From positions 59,670 through 123,669 of the IMG/VR virus record IMGVR_UViG_3300031992_000033: a stretch of DNA of 64,000 nt, one strand, 5' to 3'. Origin of the DNA: a virus (Duplodnaviria > Caudoviricetes). The notes beneath the pieces are model-generated. The model did no database searches. It was not told where the DNA came from and saw nothing but the letters and a program-made list of their open reading frames with translations. The position numbers and the translations under genes are program-made. Shown here piece by piece: positions 49,339 through 60,000 of this stretch. How positions within the stretch are numbered: the stretch's first letter is position 1; every line of letters starts with the position of its first letter.

Positions 49339-49829
49339 TGAAAATAATCGGTATTGACGCTAGTACTACATGCTCTGGCATTGGTGTTATTGAAGATGGT
49401 AAATTAGTATATCACGGCACTATAAATATGAGGAAGAATAAAAACTCTTATGATCGTGTTACAAACATGATGTATGAAATAGGGGCTTTTATTATAGATG
49501 TTAAGCCAGATTGTGTTTACATTGAGGATAGTTGGACGGGTAAAAACGCAGAGATAACTAAGATGTTATCAAATATAATTGGCGCTGTTATGTATGTGTG
49601 TAAAGTTAATGATATTAATTTTACTAAATTAAATCCTTCTTTATGGCGCAGTGCCGTTGGTATTACCCTAGATAAAAAAGGCAAGAAGGTTAAGAGAGAC
49701 GAACTTAAGAAAGAGGCTGTAAAAAGAGTTAAGAGAATATACAAAATAGATTGCGAAGACGACGAGGCTGAAGGCATATGTATTGCTGAGGCTGGTTGGA
49801 TTATGCAAGACAATGATTTGTTTGATTAA
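49338..49829 (+). CDS. ruvC: RuvC-like Holliday junction resolvase
   Basis: IIGIDAS..SG, VYIED, PS.WR, K..A and DDEAEG catalytic motifs. Confidence 0.85.
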   Translation: MKIIGIDASTTCSGIGVIEDGKLVYHGTINMRKNKNSYDRVTNMMYEIGAFIIDVKPDCVYIEDSWTGKNAEITKMLSNIIGAVMYVCKVNDINFTKLNPSLWRSAVGITLDKKGKKVKRDELKKEAVKRVKRIYKIDCEDDEAEGICIAEAGWIMQDNDLFD

Positions 49830-49842
49830 TAGGAGATTAATT

Positions 49843-50373
49843 ATGAATATAGATACATTTATGTCGCAGATGAATACTGAGCACAAAGAGTCTGTTGTGC
49901 AGAAACATATTATAAAGAATTACATTCCACTTGAAATAAAGATTGCAACCGCCAAGAAAATAGTAGAGGCGTCGTGTTATAAAGATGTGGAAGATTCTCA
50001 GGGAAATACAAAGAAAGTGTTTTGGGCTAATTCTGTTTTAAGACATTTTCTGACAATACGTGCGCTTATAGAATGTTATACCGACCTTACATTCTCAAAG
50101 AATCCGATGGACGATTATAATATGTTGGCTGAGAAAAAATATGACGCAATGATTCTTGCTGCAATTCCAGTGGACGATGCTGAAGAATTTACCAACATTG
50201 TGGACATGGTTTACGATGATGAATATGAAAACGTCAACTCAGTACAGGGGCGCGTAAAAAATTTTATAGATGGATTTGAAGAGATACTTGGGGCTGTCAT
50301 GGAAAACGTGGCGCTCAACCAATTGGGTGGAGGTAATGTAGATGGCGAAGAGAACGGAGATAGGGAGAATTAA
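49843..50373 (+). CDS. putative tail assembly chaperone
   Basis: AGGAG RBS before ATG 49843; YIP...K and YTDL motifs; between tail tube and tape measure genes. Confidence 0.5.
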   Translation: MNIDTFMSQMNTEHKESVVQKHIIKNYIPLEIKIATAKKIVEASCYKDVEDSQGNTKKVFWANSVLRHFLTIRALIECYTDLTFSKNPMDDYNMLAEKKYDAMILAAIPVDDAEEFTNIVDMVYDDEYENVNSVQGRVKNFIDGFEEILGAVMENVALNQLGGGNVDGEENGDREN

Positions 50374-51028
50374 AGATATAATTAATTCTCAATTTAATAA
50401 ATACGCCAAACAATTTACTAAAGAAATTGCTGAAGAAATAGAGCAAGCCTACGAAGATACTTACAAAGACTTCATGGACACTTGGGTTAAATGGAAAAAT
50501 AGTACGGCAAATGGTGTAGGGACTAATCTTGGATCTAGATTCCTTTTGCAAGCATCAGATGCCTATTGGATTCAAGGCAATGGTGGAGATATTCCAGTAT
50601 ATAGAAATGATGATATTTTTAATGCTGGTGTACACATTGATCCTGAGAATATCAAATCTGATGTATACTCTAAATGGGGACGCAGAAAGGGTAGTTCATA
50701 CGACAAGGGATCTGTTTTTGAAATGATGTATTACCATGGAATTATGGGATACAACCGTAAAATTGTCGCTAAGAGTTGGTATAAAACAAAGAAGAGTCAA
50801 CGTAAGTATTATCAAAGATATCATCTTTCTGGTGAACCAAATAGATGGAAGATATTGCAAAAGATTTATAATGCAAATATAATTCCACCTACTGCCGCTA
50901 AGAAACCTTTTAAAGAGATGGATCAGAAAGTTAAGAAGATCAAGACTAAGAAACATCTTGATGAAAAATGGAATTCTATTGTTGGCAATTTGGATAAAGA
51001 TATTGAAAGGCTTATTAATAAAAAATAA
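50342..51028 (+). CDS. basic tail-region protein
   Basis: GGAGG RBS; upstream of tape measure gene. Confidence 0.55.
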   Translation: MAKRTEIGRIKDIINSQFNKYAKQFTKEIAEEIEQAYEDTYKDFMDTWVKWKNSTANGVGTNLGSRFLLQASDAYWIQGNGGDIPVYRNDDIFNAGVHIDPENIKSDVYSKWGRRKGSSYDKGSVFEMMYYHGIMGYNRKIVAKSWYKTKKSQRKYYQRYHLSGEPNRWKILQKIYNANIIPPTAAKKPFKEMDQKVKKIKTKKHLDEKWNSIVGNLDKDIERLINKK

Positions 51029-51073
51029 TAAGAGACGTGTTGTATGACGCCTCTTATTTAACGGAGGTGTTGT

Positions 51074-54000
51074 ATGGCTGATTATGAAATTAATGTCAGG
51101 TTGAATAAGTCGCAACTTGAAAAAAGTGCCCAGTCTATAAAAAGATATATAGACAAAATGGAAAACAGTCCCGTTAAGATCCCAGTAGAATATGTAGAAA
51201 AGAAAGGGAACTCAAAAGCCAAATCTGGATCTGGTAGCGGACGTACATTTAATGGGCTTATTGATGATAAGATTATAAATGAAATACTTTCCGAACGTAA
51301 AAATAAAAAGACAAGAAGTGATGTATATGGAAAGTTAGAAAAGGGATTAGATGACATACTGGCGCACAGCGCGAATAGTTTAAAGAATGACGATACTGAA
51401 AAGATACTTAATATCTTAAAGCATGCATTGATAACAGAAAAGTCAAGTGGTGGTTCTAAGTTTGAGGGATTATCTAATGATATAATTAACTACTTAGATT
51501 CATTTGTTGGGCTTAATTCAAAAGCAGTTGATAATGAAATCAAAGAGATTAGTAAGGCTTTCAAGGAATGGGCTAAGGAAATTAAGACTGGAACTAAATT
51601 AGAATCTCTTAAAGGATATGATTTAAGTGCTGGCAAAATGTCTAAGACTAAGAAAGCGAGTGAGATAAATCTCAACACTGTTATAAAAATGCTTAAGGAA
51701 GATCGTAGCAATAAGTCTGACCAGCAAATGTATGATCAGATTATTCGGGCTATTCAAACCGCGCTTGAAAAAGAGGGTCGAGATTATAGGAAAGATAAAC
51801 TCGCTGACTTCGAAATAGAAAGCGTAATGCGATCACTGCTTCGTGCTGGGCTTGAAGAAAAAGGTTCATACAAAAACACGAGTGGTCGTAGAGGAATGTA
51901 TGGCAACGTAAGAAGTTATGTAGGCAATCTTATAGACGGCGACGCCATGGAAAAGATTTATGGCAAAGAACCCTTACAGAAGTTAAGGGAGAAGGTTGCT
52001 GAAACGGATGCTTATGTTAACATGTTTAATAAGGCAGATATTAGTCACGTACTACCAGAGGCTAAGAAAGAAAATTCTGAGATAAAACAAAAAGTCGGAA
52101 TTATCAATAATAATATCACTAAGTATAACGACTATCTTTCCGTCATTAGTAGCATTACTAGATTGCTCGGAGATAGTTTAGATGAAATAGGTTTCAATGG
52201 CGAAAGAGTTGTTGTTGGTAACAATGATTCTGTTAGTATCCCCGACAGTAAATCTGGTGTAAATTTCCACTCGCATCCTTGGGAAGGTTGGGATAATTTA
52301 GCACCGTCTGTATCGGACATTAAGTTTTATATGGACACTGTTCGTGAAAGTGCCGATGAACTTAAAGAGGCTTACATTTCTCAGAGGGATAAATTGTTCA
52401 AAATGGATTTTTCACAAATCGATTGGAGCAAAATCTCTCCTGATAAACTTGAAAAAGAATTGATCAGAGAAATAGCCAAGATATATGAAAAAAACGGCGG
52501 ACAAGTTATTCGTTCTAATGGGGCTATTACGGAAGTTAAGGCTTCTATTGACGATAATCAAAATACAATTATCGAATCCGCAGTGCAAGCAAGAATTGCA
52601 AAAGTTCTTGGCAAGTACGGCGGAGACGCTAGATTAGCAAGAAGAGATGCTAATGGCAATTTTGTGGATGCAAAGACTGGTGAAGTATGGAAGGCAAGTG
52701 CTGACATTGCAAGGAATATTAAAGAGGCTGGAACACAAAACGTTGAGGCTGGTGCAGCAATGAAAGAGGCTGCCGCAACAATGCTCAAGGCGTCCCAAAA
52801 AATGGATGAATCTTCCGACGATGGTAGAGTAAGGATTCCTCCAGAGTTACGTTCTAGTGTTGCTCCTAATGTAGGAATGCGTAGAGTAAACGGCAAGTAT
52901 TCGTTAAAGCCCGCTAAACTTGGTGACGAACAGTCTGGACTTGGTAGTAATGCTCAGCAACTTCTTAATTTTCTTGTTGAACAAAGAGACGATCTGTTTA
53001 AATTATATGAGAGGTCTACCAAAGATCCATACAGTAAGGGTGCAAAAGTTTTTCCTAAGATAGAAGAACTTATTGGTATTTTGACTAAATATCTTGCCAA
53101 GCCCGATTCATTGAAGAATGATGAAATAAAATTTATAAATGCTGTTAATACTAATTTCAATGATTTTAAACTTGAGCAAGCAAAGTTGAATAAAAGATAT
53201 TTGCTTGAATCTGTTACGGGCGAAAGATATAAAACAGAAAGCGAAGTTGAGGGAGCATTTGAAAGAATAATGCCACTCCTTGAAAGTAGGAAGATAAGTA
53301 GAACACAAAGAGAGTTATTCAAAGGCTCTTTGTTCCAAGGAGTAAACGACACTAAGTTTGCTGATATAAAGAAAGAAACTGTTGGTAATTTAAGAAAATT
53401 AAATCAAGACATCGAAGTATTTTCGAGAACTGTAGATGTAACAAAGGGTGGCGTTGGAACATCGAATTATGTGAGAACGTTTGCCACCACACTAGAACCA
53501 CAATTACAGCGCATAGTTGATCTTGAAAAAGAAATCACTAAACTCAGAGGACAGAAAAATCCTGACGAGGAAAGAATTGATAGATTAGAGTCTGAATATA
53601 TTCAGCAGATGAAGTTTCAGAGAAAGCGTTTAAATATACCCTTTGATGCTGACAGAGCCTCTCAGGGTATGCAATATGTTCGTAGTAAGTTAGATCCAAA
53701 CTTTTCTCCTAAACAAGGTAGCAAATATGCTGTTACCTATGAAGATTGGGAAAAGATGGTTTCCTATTATGAATCCGAAAACGACAAATCTCTTGAAAGA
53801 CAAAAATTATTCTTACAAGCATTAGGCAATAATTACAAAAGACCTCAAGCATACGCTAAAAGGGCTGATGAATTAGCAGAGATATTGGGAGCAGAGTTTG
53901 AAATTCCAAGCGGAAAATATTCTGACAAACAACTGCTTGATATGCAGAAAGAACTTGACTACCTGAGAGAATATAGAGGTCATAGACAGAATATACTCAA

Positions 54001-57000
54001 GCCTCTTAATGAACTTTATAAGGCGGTCAGCATTAATCCTGATACTAAAGTTACGATGGAAAATGCTACTAATGTTCAAGACATTGTAGACAATCTTATG
54101 ACAAGTATTAGGCACGTAAAGCAATATCTAAATGCTAATCTTATTCCTTCTAAAGAGGGATATGTTGAAATTGGCAAGGAAGACGATAAAGAAGTTTCTG
54201 TCAATGCGTATTCTGTAGATGATATAGTTGCAGAAAGAACTGCAAAGTTAGAAGAGAAAAAAGAAAAACTCATAGCGGAAGAGAATGCTGCGCTACAAAA
54301 AAAGAAAGAAGCAATATACGAATCATTAATTGATTTACCTAAAGAGATAGACCTTCAGGAGTCTATTATAAAAGAAAAAGAAGAAGAGTATAAGGCTGCT
54401 CGCGAAAAGAGAGAAGCGGTTAAACGAATGTCTTTACCTAGTGATGAAGAAGCAATTTCTAAAGTATTGCGCGACATGATTACTGGCAAAGACGCCGTCA
54501 TAAAAGATAAGGGCTTAAAGAAATATTACAAGCAATATCTTGAGGGCGATGAAAATTCTATTTACAGTCTGGCAAAAGATATTCAAGATGCGCGAAAAGG
54601 ATTTTTAAAAACTAGAGATGTAGAAAATCCTGAAGTGTTTGCTAAGGGAACTAGTGAATATAGAAAAGCACTTGAGACAAATTATAGAAATTCATTAATC
54701 AGAGATATTCTGTCAATCAAAAATCAGTATGATCGCGAACAAAAAGAATTAAATGCTCCATTAGAAGAAGAAAAGGAGTACAATGCTGCTGTCGCTAGAC
54801 TTGAAGCATTAAAGGAAGAATTAATTGAAGCACAAAAGGTCGCTTATGGTTATACTGAAAAAGATAAGAAGGGTAAACTTGTAGAGGTTGCTCCATTCCA
54901 AAAGATCATTGATGAACACAATGAAAAACTTAAAAAGATTGGAGTGGATATAGATAAGTCGCTGGACGGATTAAAGAATCCTCCCGCTCCTCCAGAGCCT
55001 ACTACGCCTCCTGAAAACAAAGACGTTACTGCTGAAGGAGAAATGGTAATTCATGCTCCTTATGTTAAGATCGTTGACTCAGAAAAAACCGACGTTATAA
55101 AAGCGGGCGTTGTAAATGTTAATGGAGAGAATGTTAATTCTTTAGGCGGCAATAAAGAAAAAGAAAAAGAGCCTTCCAACAAATCTCCCATCTCTAAATC
55201 AGAGGTAGATACTTTTCTTCAAAAGATTTCTACACTTTTGGTACAATCAGAAATTGGAAGTGGCACTACTGGCGCTTATTCGCGTACGGGATTAATTAAA
55301 CTCAAAGAAGATATAAGGGCAAATAATAATCCTATTGGTCGTGCAAATCTTAAAGTGTGGAAAGAACTGTACGACAGATTTGATAATCTTACTGGCAGAG
55401 CAAAGAAAGATGTCGCTAGCAATACAGCCAGAAACGAGATAGTTGATCTTAAGTCAAAGATAATTTCAAAAGGTTTATCGGATGACAAGAGGGGATTAAC
55501 TCAGCAAGAAGATAAACTTTCTAGGCTGGTTGAAAACTATAGAAGAGGAAATAATCTTAATGATAAAGACTTCGCTCAGTTCGAAAGAGAGATAATTAGC
55601 GAGGCTCAAAGAGCAGTGGCTGAACAGATGCTTCAGGATTTAAGAAGCAACTCAGATGGTCTTAAAGACACCATTTCTAAGAATGCCGATAAAGGCGTAA
55701 GGTACAACGATGTCTTTGATAAGATGTCTACTCAGATACTCAACGAGTCTGACGCTATTAGTTCTGAACTTGAGAATGTAATTTCAGAAGGTTTCTCTGG
55801 TGACATAGTTGATGAAATGATCGTCAACGATGTTCTTAAGCGTGCTCAAGAAGAAGTTAAAGAAGTCAAGTCTGCTGTCGAAAAGGCTAACGACAAATCT
55901 AGTTATGCCGACATTGTGGATGTCAACGACATAGATAAAAAGATTAACGACCTTGAGTCTATAATGTTTACATCTATTCGTGATACCATTGGTTCTAGTT
56001 CCGAAGACATAGTGTCATCAGTGGCTGATGCCATGGGTGAGCACATAGAAAAGATGAAGGCTTTTAGAAACTCCGACATAAGACCAGTGCAAGATTATAC
56101 TACGCTGGTTACGGAGGGAGACAATCTTTCTAAAACAATTAAAAACATAAAAGAGATTAACACTCTTTATGAAAAAACATATAACCTTAGACTTAAGATT
56201 GCCAAGGCTGAACTTGATCCTAATGCGAACGCAAAGTATGTTGCTGACTTAAAACATCAACTTGATACTGCGTTTTCTGCCATTAGGAAGAATGGTGAAA
56301 CCGCTGGTATTGGCGAGGCATACGTTGAGAAAGTTCTTGGAAGTAATACTGAATATAGAGATTATGCCGAGGATCTTGTAAGACAGATTGGCAAGCGCAC
56401 TGACGATATTACCAAGTCAATGTATCGTAAAAAAGAACAGGGATTTGGTTATACTCAGGAGTTTGAAGACGCTGTTAAGGTTCAAAAACAGGACGCAAAT
56501 AATCTTATATATCAGTTATTAAATATTGCAGATGCTGGAGAAAATGCAGCGGATGTCTTAAAACAAGCGGTTCAGGTTATTGACGAACTTGAAAAGACAT
56601 TTATGAATGCTCAAAGCAATAAGTCTGTAACTGTTAAAGGCACTCAACTTTCTGATCTTATCAACAAGGCTAAGACCATTAAGAGTAACACTCAGGGGTG
56701 GCTGGTAGATAGAACAGATAAGGACAGGATTGCAGAAATTGTAAACGAACTGGAAGAGTTACAAAAGACTGCGCCTCGGGCTACTGACGAAGTAAAAGGA
56801 CTTAATAGAGTTCATTACGATGATCTCGTAATTGAACTTAATAATATTAAGGGTAAGTATGAAGAATTAGGCGCATATGGCGCTACCATGTTTACCAGAA
56901 TAGGTAAGAGTTTAAAGGCTCAGATGTCTGCTCAGATAGCAAGATACTTCTCGCTATATGACATTATAAGATATGTTCGTACGGGTGTTGAGACAATAAA

Positions 57001-60000
57001 ACAACTCGACACTGCAATGGTTGAACTTCGTAAGGTTACTGAGGGAACGACTAAGGAGTATGCAGACTTCCGCAAAGAAGTTCGTGCTACTGCTGTTGAA
57101 ATTGCCGCAACCAATAAAGACCTTATTAGTTCAGCAGCCGATTGGGCTAGACTTGGATATTCCATTAAAGAAGCAACTGAACTTGCTAAGGATGCTCAGA
57201 TATTTGTAAACGTCGGAGATGGTGTTGACATCAAGGGCGCTACAGATATGATGATCACTGCAATGAAGGCGTTCAAGATAGAGGCTAATGATGCCCTGTC
57301 TATAGTTGATGCTTACAATGAAATAGGCAACAATTATGCGCTGTCCGCTACCGATATTGGCGACGCAATGCAAAGGTCGGCTTCGGTTCTTGCAGCATCC
57401 AACACTTCGTTCAACGAATCAATTGCGCTTATAACTGCGGCAGATGAAATCTTACAAGACCCCGAGAAGGTAGGTACTGCCCTAAGAACAATTGCACTTC
57501 GTATTAGAGGTGCTAAGTCTGAACTCGAAGAGATGGGAGAGGAAACAGAATATGTTGTCCAGTCTACATCTAAACTTAGAGACCTTATTAAGGGCTATAC
57601 TAGCATAGGCGGCAAGTATGAAGGCTTCGATATTATGGAGGATGAAGATACATTCAAATCTCTTTCCGACATAATTAAAGGCATTGGTGAAGTCTATGAT
57701 GAAATGTCAGATATAGACAGAACGGCAATGCTTGAAAAACTTGCTGGTAAGAATAGATCTAACGCTCTTGCAGCAATGCTTACGAATTACAAGCAGATAG
57801 ACAAAGTACTTGCGTCAATAGATGAATCAGAAGGTTCGGCTCTTAGAGAAAACGAGCACATCGTTGATTCCGTAGAAGGACGTATTACGATCCTGAAAAC
57901 TTCTGCTGAAAACTTCTGGGATACATTCCTTAATACTGATGCAATCAAAGGCGCTATTTCACTCCTCACGGAGATGTTAAATGTAGTCACAAAGATAGTA
58001 GATAGTGGTTTTGGCTCAACCACTTTAACCGCAATAGCCGCTCCATTAGTTACTCATAAACTTTTCCATCCATATGCAAATGTAAAAACTGCTAGAGCCA
58101 ATGTTGACACAACTAGTGCGGCAATGAATGCGGCTCTTGGCGAACAGGACGTTGCGTTACAAAATTATAATGCGGCAGTAAATGAACTCAATACTGCAAC
58201 TGCTACAAATGTAGATGCTGTTAAGGAGAAAATTACTACTAGTTATAATGCGTTACAGGAATCTTGTGTAAAAGCCACTGATGCAACAGACGCTTATAAT
58301 GAGGCGACCAGAAGTCTTACTTCTTCTCAGAAAGCGTTTTATAATGCAATTAAAGCAAATATCGCTATGTTTGCTATTAGCGTTGCTATTTCCTTGTTAA
58401 CAAAATGGATTCAAAAATGTAACGAGGCTAAACAGGCTGTAAGAGACTTAGCAGACGAAACTCGCGAAAGCAATAAATCTCTTGACGAATATACTAGACG
58501 AATTGCAGAAGCCAAGAATACTTTGAATGACGAAAAGTCTTCAACGGAAGAAATTATATCTGCTAAGCAAGAACTCATAAATATTCAAAACGAATTAAAT
58601 GAGTCATACGATAACTACAATGCCATCATTAAGGATGTTAACTCCACATTAGACGAAACAAACGAACTCTTAATTAGACAAAGAGCGGAGCAAATTGCTG
58701 ACACATTAAGAGAGGCTAGGGATACTGGAAGTCATTGGTATACCATGGATAGTCTTGATAATGAATATGACAACGCAATAAATGCTTTCTTTGGCGGAGA
58801 GGATGCAGAGGGTTTTGCTCTTAGCGTTGATGGACAATGGGATAAAACGTATGATAACATCGACGATCTTATTAATGCCTATAAACAAATTATGCGTGAA
58901 TATTCTGAGGTGGATAGCACGTATAAATGGGCTGCGGGTCATGTAGAAAGTCTCGAAAAACAAAAAGACGAATATGAAGATATAGCATTATTGTACGGAG
59001 AAAATGAGGCTGTTGAAAAATATTCGCAACAATACGAAGCCTTGATGAAGGCTTATTATCATAACATCCAAGAAGGCACAGAACAATCTGAGGCTGCTGT
59101 TAAGAATAATCTTCAGGCATTATGGGAATCCGCGTCAGAAGATAATAACAGGGGTGTTAAATATTGGCTTGAATCAATGTTTAATACTTTCTTTGATGAA
59201 ATTAATGACGCTCAGATATTAGAGAAGTGGGAAAAGGCTGCTGCAAATGGTGTTTCATATGGCAGCAGAATGGAAAATATATTAGGAATACTTTCAACTG
59301 ATGTTGAAGGAGAGAATAAACAGTTAACCGAAGCAGATATATTGTCGTATCTTAATGGTAATGAGATAGAAGGTTTATCTGACAGGCAAAAAGAATGGTT
59401 GCAACTTCTTAAAGAAACCATTGATGAAGCGGGATACGAACTTGATGAATATGGAACATTAGTTCATAAGTTTGTTTCTGATGGATTAGTTTATGGTTCT
59501 GAAGAAGAAGCAAGCACGGCTAAAGAGATTGCCGCCGCTCGTGAGAACGCTCTTGCTAGTTTAGGTATGACTGGAGAGCAATTTAACTCTCTTGGTATTA
59601 GTACTAACGAAGAGTTAGATATTTGGAGAGAAATCGTTAACACTGTTGACAACGCAACGGATGCAGTTAAATTATACGAACTTGAAACCAATAACCTTGG
59701 CGATAATCTTGGAGCGTCTTCCATGCTTAAAAATATGGAAGAACAATATAAGCCCGTATTTGATTCGCTTGCAGAAGCGTATAAATCTATATGGTCTTCG
59801 AGAGGATTCCGAATAGATAAAGTAACTTCTGAACAACTTGAGGGAGTAAGATCTAACATAGAATCGTTAAGTAAAACACTTAAAGAATCTGGATTAGATG
59901 GCATTGATAACGATGCCATCAATTCGTTTATCTTAACGCTCTCCAATAGTAAGACAACTTCGGACGAGGCACATGCTGCGTTTAATGATTTGGCGACTAT

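Noticed and set aside
49843-51028. Programmed frameshift in a tail assembly chaperone pair
   Set aside because: No clear slippery heptamer near the overlap, and the downstream ORF has its own GGAGG RBS.
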